Of a stretch of DNA of 64,000 bases, positions 46,657-55,774 are shown one piece after another. Each line of letters starts with the position of its first letter. Position 1 is the stretch's first letter. This DNA is from Candidatus Micrarchaeota archaeon (GTDB lineage Archaea > Micrarchaeota > Micrarchaeia > Micrarchaeales > CABMGC01). Below the pieces are notes generated by a model, which ran no database searches, was not told the origin of the DNA, and saw nothing but the letters and a program-made list of their open reading frames with translations. The position numbers were made by a program, and so were the translations under genes. The stretch lies in contig JAJZOF010000016.1 of assembly GCA_021811535.1 (NCBI GenBank), positions 2,592 to 66,591 on the forward strand. The letters run 5' to 3'.

Positions 46657-48327
46657 CTAGCGCTTGTAATATATGTTTCCGCTGTTCTCCAGATTCTGCA
46701 CGTATGGATTGGGGTTTTGGTATTCTGCGTATATATTTTTGTATGGCTCAAGTGAGGCGCAGGAGCCGGGGTTGAACGCCCAGGACTCGTTAACATCCCA
46801 CAGGTTATAGCTGTTTATCTGGGACAGTGCTTCGGGGGATGGTACAATCACGTAGCTGTTGTTGTTTATCGACGTGCAGTTTTGTATGTATGTGCTGCCG
46901 TAAGCCCCGGTCCCGTATTCGAAGTAAAAGACATTTTTCGGGTATCCTAGATAGTAGATAAGGTAATAAGGGATCAGTGCAGGGCCGTAAATGTATGTTG
47001 CATTCTGAGGATTGGCTTTGATTACAGGCATTAAGGCGTTTGCCATAAGGCGCACATATACCATAGTGTTATAGTTAAGCTGCTGATAATAGTAGTCTAT
47101 CGGGAGGGATGTCACGAGAAGCAGTGCGAGTACTAGGAATACGGCAAGGATTCTCGCCTCCCTGCCATGAGGCCTTTCTATCAGGTCTGATAGCGCATAT
47201 CCGAGCACGCATATTTCAGGCACGCTTGCTATCACGGTAAAGCGCATAAGCTTGTAGATGGGGAAGTAGTGGGTTATGCTCATCGTCCCGAACTCCATGT
47301 ATAGAACAAGGAATACTGCAGCACCGAGAATAAAGAATGTGTTTTTATCCTTCTTCGCGGCTACATATATGCCTCCTAGAAGCATTGCGTAGGGGAACAG
47401 CCCCACGTCGTTCACGTTAAGCTGGCTTATCGAGAAGATGGAAGCCAATGTGCCTGTGGCTTGTATGTATGCGTTTTTTAAATTCAGCGAGAGCATTGAC
47501 AACGCAATTGAGGTGAAATGATATGGAAAGTAACCTCCGATATAGAAGGTCAGGCTGGGGTTTGTATAGAATATTTCATATGGATTGCCAGCTGCCTGGT
47601 AGTAATAGTTAGTGAAGAATAGCTCGTAGTACGGATTGCCGTTTGCGAGGAATATGTTTGCGAATCCCGTGATATTGACTGCGGCAAAGAAGCCTATAAA
47701 GAATACAAGTATTTTAAGGTCAAGTTTCTTGTGATGCATGAGCCTAACGGATTCGGAATAAACTATATACAACCCGAAAAACAGGGAGTACAGGAACGCC
47801 AGAGGGTTTATCAATGCGCCCAGAAAATTTGCTGCGCCAGCCGCAAAGAAATACTTTGCATTGTTTTTCTTCTTGCCATATATGAATAGAAGGAGCGATA
47901 CTGAAAGGAAGAGGAGGAGAGGCGCCATCGGGCTGTCGCTAGTGTTGAATTTGAGTATCAGGGGATAAAATGAGAATAAAGCGGCGGAGATGACACCTGC
48001 ATTCCTGTCTTTTGTAGAAGCCCCTATAAGATACACTACCGGTATCGTTGCAATAGAACAAAGGAGAGTGTAGGCGGCAGCGCCTGCATTGTTGTATCCA
48101 AGCAGACCTATGAACAGTGCAAGCGGATAGTCCATCAGCAGGCGTATTGAGAATATGTTAAGGCTCTCTGAGAATGTGCCTGCCAGTATCTGCGGGACGA
48201 ATTCAGGGTAATCGAAATCGTCTCCATATACGCTTACGCCCTTGAAAAAGAATAGGGAGATTAATGTGCCTAGAATCATTATGCATACGACAAGCAGGAT
48301 ATAGAGATTGCGCTTATCATCTTGCAT
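46657..48327 (-). CDS. GT-C fold membrane glycosyltransferase (ArnT/PMT-like), second copy
   Basis: Multi-TM protein with a first-loop acidic motif (VYGDDFDYPEF) and a C-terminal soluble domain. Convergent with the previous GT-C gene. Confidence 0.6.
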   Translation of the reverse strand: MQDDKRNLYILLVVCIMILGTLISLFFFKGVSVYGDDFDYPEFVPQILAGTFSESLNIFSIRLLMDYPLALFIGLLGYNNAGAAAYTLLCSIATIPVVYLIGASTKDRNAGVISAALFSFYPLILKFNTSDSPMAPLLLFLSVSLLLFIYGKKKNNAKYFFAAGAANFLGALINPLAFLYSLFFGLYIVYSESVRLMHHKKLDLKILVFFIGFFAAVNITGFANIFLANGNPYYELFFTNYYYQAAGNPYEIFYTNPSLTFYIGGYFPYHFTSIALSMLSLNLKNAYIQATGTLASIFSISQLNVNDVGLFPYAMLLGGIYVAAKKDKNTFFILGAAVFLVLYMEFGTMSITHYFPIYKLMRFTVIASVPEICVLGYALSDLIERPHGREARILAVFLVLALLLVTSLPIDYYYQQLNYNTMVYVRLMANALMPVIKANPQNATYIYGPALIPYYLIYYLGYPKNVFYFEYGTGAYGSTYIQNCTSINNNSYVIVPSPEALSQINSYNLWDVNESWAFNPGSCASLEPYKNIYAEYQNPNPYVQNLENSGNIYYKR

Positions 48328-48381
48328 TGCCTACCACAATTGATTTATAATATATCGCTTATTTAAATTATTGGTGTCTCT

Positions 48382-49695
48382 TTGGCAGGAAGATCGGTGC
48401 ATCACCAGAGTAGGAGGCGCAGTGCTGCAAAAGCAGGAAGGCGGACATTCTGGGTTATTCTTCTTTTACTGGCATTTGCAGTTGTAGCAGCCGTCGCTTT
48501 CGAGCTTAATTATCTTTCGTCTTCCAGCGGCATTGTGCCTGCATCTTCAGCTAACGGTTCGTATTCAGAGCCTACAATTTCGAATGCGCAGAATCCGAAC
48601 AACCAGTCTTCGGCGTATCTGCTGGTAAACAGTCTTTCCAAGTCCGGTAACGTATCTGCCTTCTACTTTGATTATGTGCTGCAGGGGCAGGGCATGGCAT
48701 ACAATTCCAGTGGGTATGTCTATTCTGCAAACTACTACAATAATACAGTTTCCATTATTCGCAATTCAACACTGGTTGGCATTATAAGGATAAACACCCC
48801 ATGGTCGGTTGTTTATGACAAGAGCAATGGATACGTTTATATCGATAGCCATCTCTTGGATTCAGTTTATGTAGTAAAGGGGTCTGAGATAATAGCAACC
48901 CTGAGCGTAGGGGAAAGCCCCACGTCCATGCTGTATGATCCTGCTGATGGCTATGTTTATGTTGCTTCCTTTAGAAATGGCAGCGTTGCAGTGATAAGCA
49001 ATGTGTCCATAATCAGGTCTATTGGCGTGGGGCCTTCTCCAGATTACATTGCTTACTCTCCTGCTACGAGGTCTATTTATGTAAGCGGATTGCTGTTTAT
49101 AGACCAAGGCGACACTGGCGTTTCGGATAATGTAACTGAGATAAACGGCATTAACATTACAGAAGTGGCTGCGCTTGGAAGGGGACCCATGGGAAGAGGT
49201 CCGTCTATGGGAATATATGACAATAAGACAGGCGCAATGTATTTTACTAGGCAGATCTCCAACAGCATTGTTGCGCTCTTGAATAATGGGAGCCTGTTGG
49301 AGATATACAACGGGAGCCTGGCTGCTGAGCCGTTCTATGGGATTTATGACAAAGGCAATGGATTAGTATATGTATTGTCTAGCATTCACATTAACGGAAC
49401 GCAGAAGGTATTGGGCTTCTCAGGCACTTCGCTGAATTACTCTTTTAATGTGCCTGATGGCACTCTGGCGTTAGGATACGATCCTGCAAGCAACAGCCTG
49501 TACGGAATAAATTTTGTAGATGGAAGGCTATACTCATTTTATGGCACTTCTATGGAGAGGAACGTATCAACAATAAGCAACCCTACTTATATCTTATACG
49601 ACCCTATAAACAACTACACTTATGTAAGCAGCCACTTCAACGGCATGGTAGCTTCTTACAACAGAAGCCTTGCTTCGACAGTGATAGATGGTTAG
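48382..49695 (+). CDS. Membrane-anchored YVTN-type beta-propeller repeat protein
   Basis: N-terminal TM (FWVILLLLAFAVVAAVAF). About 8 repeats of the type YD..nGyVYV....n.sV.Vi (e.g. MLYDPADGYVYVASFRNGSVAVIS). Confidence 0.7.
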   Translation: MAGRSVHHQSRRRSAAKAGRRTFWVILLLLAFAVVAAVAFELNYLSSSSGIVPASSANGSYSEPTISNAQNPNNQSSAYLLVNSLSKSGNVSAFYFDYVLQGQGMAYNSSGYVYSANYYNNTVSIIRNSTLVGIIRINTPWSVVYDKSNGYVYIDSHLLDSVYVVKGSEIIATLSVGESPTSMLYDPADGYVYVASFRNGSVAVISNVSIIRSIGVGPSPDYIAYSPATRSIYVSGLLFIDQGDTGVSDNVTEINGINITEVAALGRGPMGRGPSMGIYDNKTGAMYFTRQISNSIVALLNNGSLLEIYNGSLAAEPFYGIYDKGNGLVYVLSSIHINGTQKVLGFSGTSLNYSFNVPDGTLALGYDPASNSLYGINFVDGRLYSFYGTSMERNVSTISNPTYILYDPINNYTYVSSHFNGMVASYNRSLASTVIDG

Positions 49696-50999
49696 GTAAG
49701 CTTTAGCTTTGAGTAGAATACCTTGTTTGTGGCATAAAAGTTTACGTTTGAGTAATTAGGATTCAGGACTTTATCCGTATATCCGGTTACGCACGTTATG
49801 TATGTATTGTTCAGCGTAATATTATTCGTAGTGCACGACTCCACGCCTATTGGGATAGTGTAATTTGATACGGTCCAGTTGCTTATTTCCGTTCCATTGT
49901 GTATGAGCCTTGCCACCATGACCTTATTTGAGTAGACTTCAAAGGAGATGTTACGGAGATTGTAGTAAACTGGGAATAGCTTGGTTGTCAGGCCGCCTAT
50001 GCAGATTATGAATTCCTTGTATGATGTGCAGGATGTCTGCGAAACATTGACAGGCAGACTCTTCAGTTGAGTCCAATTTGATATAAACCCACTCTGGAAT
50101 ATGGTTGAATAGAAGACGTCATTCGTATTACCTGTAAATCCATTGTAGGAAGTTGATCCGCCCATGCAGTATAATTTATTGGCTATTACAACACACGATT
50201 CAGTATCTATGGGTATCGGGTATGGCTCCGCTATCGACCATGCAGATGACATATTTGATGGATTTTTATTAAAGTAGACACCGGTAGAGACAGTCCTGTT
50301 TATGTAGTTGGTGCTGTTATAAAGAAATTCTCCACCTATACAGTATACAGAGGGCCCGTAATTTGGGCAGCTTTGCAGTGCGAACCCGTAAGGATATGCA
50401 GCACCGGTGCGCCACTGGCCAACTGCACCCGAATAATCGTTTGCATAATAAGTCAGGTTCATGTGTCTTGCAACAACATATACTGATGCGTTGTTGCTCT
50501 GATTTGCATACGAATGATTTGCAGAATAATTTGCCCCCCATAAGTAATCGCTCGAATTTATGTTTCTACCTCCCATGCAGTAGATTGTATAGTTATATGA
50601 AGTACACGCGCCGTAATTCATGTTTCTCGGATAGTCTGCCTCACTACTCCAGCTGCCTGTAAGGCCTTCAGGAGATAGAGATGTAGAATATACAAGTTTA
50701 TACGAGCCTAATTCCCCGTATCCACCGCCAATGCAGGTTATCGATGCGTTAATGCTTACGCAGCTTAATGCTGAGTCATTCACCGGATAATCAGTTCCGT
50801 TTTTCCATGCGAAAGAAAGGTATTGAGATGAGGAGCTGTTAGTGTTGTTTGTTGTTTGGTTCTTTTGTATTGTAGTAGATGCCGTTGTTGAAGCCTGGTT
50901 TTGGATTCCTGATTTGGTAAAATCCACTATGAATAGGAGTATTAACAATATGAATAGTGCAGTTACTGCAGCTTTTTGTGCTTTTTTATTTATTGCCAT
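49692..50999 (-). CDS. Membrane-anchored six-bladed Kelch-like propeller protein with paired Cys in each blade
   Basis: ATG at 50999 (MAINKK...), TM helix, S/T/N-rich linker, then six repeats W-x4-(D/E/A)YP-x6-8-SC-x7-11-C(I/M)GG. Confidence 0.65.
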   Translation of the reverse strand: MAINKKAQKAAVTALFILLILLFIVDFTKSGIQNQASTTASTTIQKNQTTNNTNSSSSQYLSFAWKNGTDYPVNDSALSCVSINASITCIGGGYGELGSYKLVYSTSLSPEGLTGSWSSEADYPRNMNYGACTSYNYTIYCMGGRNINSSDYLWGANYSANHSYANQSNNASVYVVARHMNLTYYANDYSGAVGQWRTGAAYPYGFALQSCPNYGPSVYCIGGEFLYNSTNYINRTVSTGVYFNKNPSNMSSAWSIAEPYPIPIDTESCVVIANKLYCMGGSTSYNGFTGNTNDVFYSTIFQSGFISNWTQLKSLPVNVSQTSCTSYKEFIICIGGLTTKLFPVYYNLRNISFEVYSNKVMVARLIHNGTEISNWTVSNYTIPIGVESCTTNNITLNNTYITCVTGYTDKVLNPNYSNVNFYATNKVFYSKLKLT

Positions 51000-51018
51000 A
51001 TTGCATACCTTACCTGTA

Positions 51019-52329
51019 CTAACATGGCACACCGCACGAGTCCCCGCTGTCTGAATCTGATGCACCAGACCAAGGAACACAGTTTGAGAGCGGATTGCTT
51101 GCCGAACCTGCGCCTCCACATTCTTGTGCATTTCCGTATATGCCGCATTCTGCAAAATCCCCTGACGGACAAGGACCACAGCCGCATATACAACCACCGC
51201 ATGCGCTTGTAGCTGAGCTTGCGCCGTTTGTTGACTTACTTGCGCCGTTTGTTGACTTACTTGAGCTGCTGGAGCTGCTCACACCGCTTGCACTTGATGA
51301 CGGACTGTTTGTTGCGCCGCCTGAGGGGCTGTTTGTTGCGCCGCCTGATGCCGTATTAGAGACCCCGTTAGACGCTGGGTTTGATATAGGGTTTGAGACG
51401 GGATTTGATATAGGATTTGTCGGCGAGCCTGTTATTATTGTAGATATAGTTGTGGTAGACGTGGTTATTACCTTGTTGAAATTAGCCTCTATATGGCCTG
51501 TTGTGCCTATGTTCTGGTCGGTTATGTTGGTTGACTGCGAGGGGTACTCGAAAGCGATTCCTGCAGATGATGTCCATGTAGAGAACGCGTATCCATTTGG
51601 AGGTGATGCGTAAAGAGGATAAGAGAGCCCCTTTATGATCGCGACTACAGTGTTGCTCGGATATGCCGTTCCGCCAAGCACGACGAAGCCGGTGCCCGTA
51701 GATGTCAGAAGCGTTATCCTGTCCGTGAGATTCTCCGATGGAGAGACGAAGAGGGTTGATGATCCTGATGAGTTGAGTTGCGCGCTGTTACATCCATTTG
51801 CGCATGAACTGTAGGATACGGAGAATGTCGGGCTCAGCTGTGTACCGACTGCCGGGGCGTATCCGCTCATTGTCGCATTGCATATTATCAGGGATCCTTC
51901 CGGACCTTTTGCAGGAAGGCACTGCCCGTGGAATACTGTAGACGAAAGTGGTTCCTGCACCACGAAAGCGTTGGACGGGAGCGTTATATTTGATCCGAGA
52001 TTGTTCAGGAACGCGAGCACCGCCCTGGATCCGGTTCCGTTGCTCATTATTATGAATCCTTCGCACGGAAGTTCAGGCTGTATGAAGCAGTGTGTAATCG
52101 AATACGTGGTGGGGGATCTCGTAAGGGAGAGCGCCACCACTATTGCGATCACGATTGCGATTAGTATAAAAGCCCACGTATATGTGGAGAGGAATTCTAT
52201 TGCGGTCTGTGATTTCTTGTTTCTCTTGCTGCTCGGCTTATTTGCGGGCATGACCTTTGCATGCCTGTATTTGTGGTGTGTGTAAGCCTTGGAAGGGCGG
52301 TTTGGGACTTTGACCGCATTCTTTACCAT
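51019..52329 (-). CDS. Pilin-like protein: class III signal peptide, globular domain, S/T/P/N repeat linker, Cys-rich C-terminal module
   Basis: KKSQTAIEFLSTYTWAFILIAIVIAIV parallels the 27513 pilin-like N-terminus. C-terminal SACGGCICGCGPCPSGDFAECG...NCVPW...DSCGVPC has 10 Cys in about 60 aa. The start is 52329 or 52251. Confidence 0.7.
   Translation of the reverse strand: MVKNAVKVPNRPSKAYTHHKYRHAKVMPANKPSSKRNKKSQTAIEFLSTYTWAFILIAIVIAIVVALSLTRSPTTYSITHCFIQPELPCEGFIIMSNGTGSRAVLAFLNNLGSNITLPSNAFVVQEPLSSTVFHGQCLPAKGPEGSLIICNATMSGYAPAVGTQLSPTFSVSYSSCANGCNSAQLNSSGSSTLFVSPSENLTDRITLLTSTGTGFVVLGGTAYPSNTVVAIIKGLSYPLYASPPNGYAFSTWTSSAGIAFEYPSQSTNITDQNIGTTGHIEANFNKVITTSTTTISTIITGSPTNPISNPVSNPISNPASNGVSNTASGGATNSPSGGATNSPSSSASGVSSSSSSSKSTNGASKSTNGASSATSACGGCICGCGPCPSGDFAECGIYGNAQECGGAGSASNPLSNCVPWSGASDSDSGDSCGVPC
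51218..51259. repeat. Perfect 21-bp tandem duplication inside the pilin-like gene
   Basis: CTTGCGCCGTTTGTTGACTTA x2 on the + strand, encoding SKSTNGA twice on the - strand. Confidence 0.9.
51302..51349. repeat. 24-bp tandem duplication (22/24 identical) inside the pilin-like gene
   Basis: GGACTGTTTGTTGCGCCGCCTGAG / GGGCTGTTTGTTGCGCCGCCTGAT, encoding PSGGATNS twice. An adjacent 12-bp periodic NP(I/V)S coding repeat follows. Confidence 0.9.
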
Positions 52330-52389
52330 GAATTTACTTTTAACTGCAATATATAAAATAATTGGCTTTTAAGTCTATATGGTATTTTC

Positions 52390-53802
52390 ATGCGCAAGGC
52401 TGGAATGAAGCATAGGGGTTGGTATAATGCAACTTTTTTCTACCTTATTCTGATAATAGTAATTCTTGCCGCAGGATTGACTTTCTATGGCCTGGGAAGC
52501 ACTTCCCAGATCAGTCATCGTCCGGTAGCCCTCTACTCTGGAGCGCTTTATAATAGTGCAGTCTTGCAGTATGATCAGAATATATATCATACATACTCTC
52601 TGGAGGGGAATGTGTCAAATTTCTCGATAATTCTGGGCGGCGCTGAGATCTCTACTCCAACCATATACGATGGCAGTTTCTTTGTCTCGACAATGGGAAA
52701 CCTTACCATCCTGCAGGAAGGCAGGTACAACATTGTAAATGGCACCGTAGAGCGAATCTCCGCGACTAATGGATCGATAGAATGGTCAGATACATTTCCG
52801 GATCAGATGATGACCCAGCCAATCGTAATTTCCAACGAAATAGTTGTAGGCATGGGAAATAACGCAGAGGTAAAGCCGCAGAACCTAAATATGAATGACG
52901 GGATTTTTGCACTGAATGCTACGGATGGCAAGGTTATCTGGAATATAACCACTATAGGCCCGGTCATGACGACACCTGCGGTTTATAATGGGGTACTGAT
53001 TGCACCGGCAACTAGTGTGATCTACTTCATAAATTATACTACAGGGAATGTTCTGAAGACACTCAGGATAAATATACCGGATACCCTCTCTTCACCGCTT
53101 TTGGTAGGCCACACTGCCTTTTTTGGCGCAGGCGAATCCAGTTATGGCCCTTATAGCCCGGATTACTGGTTTTATTCTGTAAATATGCTTAACGAGAGCT
53201 TTGCATGGAAGGATAATTTTTCTATTGCAGGAGGAGGAATAAATGACGTATCGCCATCCTTCTGGGAGGGAACTGTTATTACAGGTTACTTGAGGGACAG
53301 CAATTACACCAACCAGACAATCATAGGCATTAATGCGACTACAGGCAAAGAGATATGGGGATTGAATGAAATAGCCGCGGCGGAGAACACGTCAGTAATA
53401 GATGCAAATAGCAGCCTGTCTTATGTTTACAGGTCCAATTTTACGGAAAACACGATGTCGCCCATTACAGTCTGGAATGGAACTGCCTTTGCAAACTCCA
53501 ATTTCTTTGGTGAACTTTTTGCCTTCAATACTACTACCGGGCAGGTTAAATGGATATTTAACACAGGACCATGCGAAGCAAGCCCGAATGTCGTAGAAGG
53601 CAGGTATCTTGCAATAGTGAGCGATCCGGGAGTGCTTTATATTATAAACATGAATAATGGGACACTTGTCAAAGCAATTGACACAGGGATGCCGCACCTA
53701 TCCAGCGAGCCTATTGCAGTTAATAACGGAATAATTTTTGGAACAATGACCGGGAGATTAGTAGGCTTAAATCTTACCTCTATTCTCAGCGGAGGCAAGT
53801 GA
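52390..53802 (+). CDS. Membrane-anchored PQQ-like (BamB-type) beta-propeller repeat protein
   Basis: N-terminal TM (FFYLILIIVILAAGLTF). Repeats such as ATDGKVIWNITTIGPVMTTPAVYNGVLI and TTGQVKWIFNTGPCEASPNVVEGRYL. Confidence 0.65.
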   Translation: MRKAGMKHRGWYNATFFYLILIIVILAAGLTFYGLGSTSQISHRPVALYSGALYNSAVLQYDQNIYHTYSLEGNVSNFSIILGGAEISTPTIYDGSFFVSTMGNLTILQEGRYNIVNGTVERISATNGSIEWSDTFPDQMMTQPIVISNEIVVGMGNNAEVKPQNLNMNDGIFALNATDGKVIWNITTIGPVMTTPAVYNGVLIAPATSVIYFINYTTGNVLKTLRINIPDTLSSPLLVGHTAFFGAGESSYGPYSPDYWFYSVNMLNESFAWKDNFSIAGGGINDVSPSFWEGTVITGYLRDSNYTNQTIIGINATTGKEIWGLNEIAAAENTSVIDANSSLSYVYRSNFTENTMSPITVWNGTAFANSNFFGELFAFNTTTGQVKWIFNTGPCEASPNVVEGRYLAIVSDPGVLYIINMNNGTLVKAIDTGMPHLSSEPIAVNNGIIFGTMTGRLVGLNLTSILSGGK

Positions 53803-54747
53803 GATACCGGATGAGCTACATTCGACTTGGTTGGCGTTACGGGCAGGAGAGGCGTTATACCCATAGGTGCGCAGATTATGTGCGAACGCAGCGGCTTCTT
53901 TTCCGACAGTATATATTGCCTTTGGAGAACATCTGTCTATATATTCTATAGCAGAGTTGAAATCTGCATGGTCGCTCAGGGCGAACTGGAAATCGTATCC
54001 GAAGTCGTATAAGTTTGCAAGGCCCGTTACCACTGCAGTTATAGGGATCGCACCGGCACTTGAGGAGAGCTCTGCCGCAATATGCCTGACGTTCTTCGGC
54101 TCTGATAAGAAGACGCCACAGCCTCTTGGAGGTGCATCCCCCATACGGCAGTAGTCCAACCTGAACCCATGCCTTTCGTAAACGCCATTGATATCCCCTA
54201 TGCGTTTGTCGACTATTGGTTGTATGCCGATCTCGTTTAGTGCTTTTGTAAGCTCCTGCGCCTTTCCTATGCAGCCCGCTCCTAACACAATATCACGGTT
54301 CTGGCCTTTTGTCCTCACGAGATGCTGAATGTTTGACAATACCTCTTCGCATGGGTCAAATGATATATCAGGATAAGGGTATGTTGAGTCTATAATCAGG
54401 GCATCTGCATTCCTTATCTCAAGTTTCCCGCTCAGGGGCGAATCCCTTACCTGATAGTCGCCGCTGTATATTATCGTGCCAGATTCCTCCGTCTCGGCGT
54501 AAAGCTGTTTTGAGCCCAGAATATGCCCAGCGTTAAGAAGGCGTATGCTTTTTGGTATGGGCTCCTCCTTTACCATTATCCCGTATCTTGCAAGCAGCAG
54601 TTCCCTTGTTTCCTCGCTCGCAAATGTAGCGGTTCCGTTTTTTATCCCTGAGATGTGGTCAGAATGCGCGTGGGACACGAAGTTTACGTTTGAGCCTTTG
54701 GCATTCCCATCCAAAGCTATCCTGTAACCAGAACTACATATAACCAT
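53767..54747 (-). CDS. Metallo-beta-lactamase fold / beta-CASP-like nuclease
   Basis: HAHSDH motif (FVSHAHSDHISG), IIDSTY (motif A Asp), LSDHAD (motif B His). Confidence 0.7.
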   Translation of the reverse strand: MVICSSGYRIALDGNAKGSNVNFVSHAHSDHISGIKNGTATFASEETRELLLARYGIMVKEEPIPKSIRLLNAGHILGSKQLYAETEESGTIIYSGDYQVRDSPLSGKLEIRNADALIIDSTYPYPDISFDPCEEVLSNIQHLVRTKGQNRDIVLGAGCIGKAQELTKALNEIGIQPIVDKRIGDINGVYERHGFRLDYCRMGDAPPRGCGVFLSEPKNVRHIAAELSSSAGAIPITAVVTGLANLYDFGYDFQFALSDHADFNSAIEYIDRCSPKAIYTVGKEAAAFAHNLRTYGYNASPARNANQVECSSSGISLASAENRGKI

Positions 54748-54766
54748 TAGGTCGCCTTTATATAGT

Positions 54767-55729
54767 TTGAAACCAATTTTAAAATACTTTGCAGAAATAA
54801 GTTTGGAGGATGGTAAAGTGGTTGAGAAAGTAATAATATTGGGATCCGGTCCTGCTGGATTGTCTGCCGCAATATATACGGCCAGGGAAGATTACAAACC
54901 ATTGGTCATAAGCGGATTTGAAGCTGGAGGGCAGCTTCTTCTTACCACTGTAGTAGAGAATTTCCCCGGATTCCCGGAAGGCGTTGACGGCACGGAGTTG
55001 ATAACCCTGATGCGAAGGCAGGCTGAGAGATTCGGAACGCGCTTTGTCGATGGAAACGCGACAGAAGTAGACTTCACAAAGAAGCCTTTCATGGTCGCAG
55101 TTGGCGAAAATAAGTATTATGCAGAGTGCATCATAATAGCTACAGGAGCGAACGCAAAATGGCTTGGCATAGAATCTGAGAAGAGACTACGGGGAAAGGG
55201 TGTCTCAAGCTGTGCCACTTGCGACGGCCCGTTCTTTAAGGGAAAGGACGTCCTGGTTGTTGGAGGAGGCGATACGGCGCTCGAGGATGCAAATTTCCTT
55301 ACGAAATTCGCTAAAAGCGTGACAATAGTGCATAGGAGGGATGCATTCAGGGCTTCCAAAGCCATGCAGAACAAGACTTTTTCAAACAATAAGATAAAGG
55401 TATTGTGGAATTCTGAGGTTGAGGAGATACTTGGAGAGGATAAAGTGACAGGGGCGAAGATAAAGAACGCTGTTGATGGAGAGGTCTCTGAGATGAGAGT
55501 TGACGGAGTCTTTATTGCAATAGGATATACGCCTAATACAGCGATATTCAATGGCAAGATAAAGCTCGATGAGAAAGGATATGTAAGCGCAATTGACGAA
55601 GTCGTTACCAGTGTAGATGGGATATTTGTAGCGGGGGATGTTGCGGATCATTTTTACAGACAGGCTGCTACCGCCAGCGGGAGCGGCGTCAAAGCGGCGC
55701 TTAAGGCGCGTGAATATCTCTCAAGATGA
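54767..55729 (+). CDS. trxB: Thioredoxin reductase
   Basis: GSGPAGLSAAIY FAD fold, redox-active CATCDG, second dinucleotide fold VVGGGDTALEDA. The start is uncertain (TTG 54767/54803 or GTG 54818). Confidence 0.88.
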   Translation: MKPILKYFAEISLEDGKVVEKVIILGSGPAGLSAAIYTAREDYKPLVISGFEAGGQLLLTTVVENFPGFPEGVDGTELITLMRRQAERFGTRFVDGNATEVDFTKKPFMVAVGENKYYAECIIIATGANAKWLGIESEKRLRGKGVSSCATCDGPFFKGKDVLVVGGGDTALEDANFLTKFAKSVTIVHRRDAFRASKAMQNKTFSNNKIKVLWNSEVEEILGEDKVTGAKIKNAVDGEVSEMRVDGVFIAIGYTPNTAIFNGKIKLDEKGYVSAIDEVVTSVDGIFVAGDVADHFYRQAATASGSGVKAALKAREYLSR

Positions 55730-55774
55730 GGATACCACACAATTTTAGCTTGTTGTGATTTTTTTCAGTATGGT

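Noticed and set aside
53767-53802. 36-bp overlap between the 3' ends of the convergent PQQ-propeller and MBL-nuclease genes.
   Set aside because: Convergent tail overlaps of this size are common in compact genomes. No additional structure was seen that would suggest a regulatory function.
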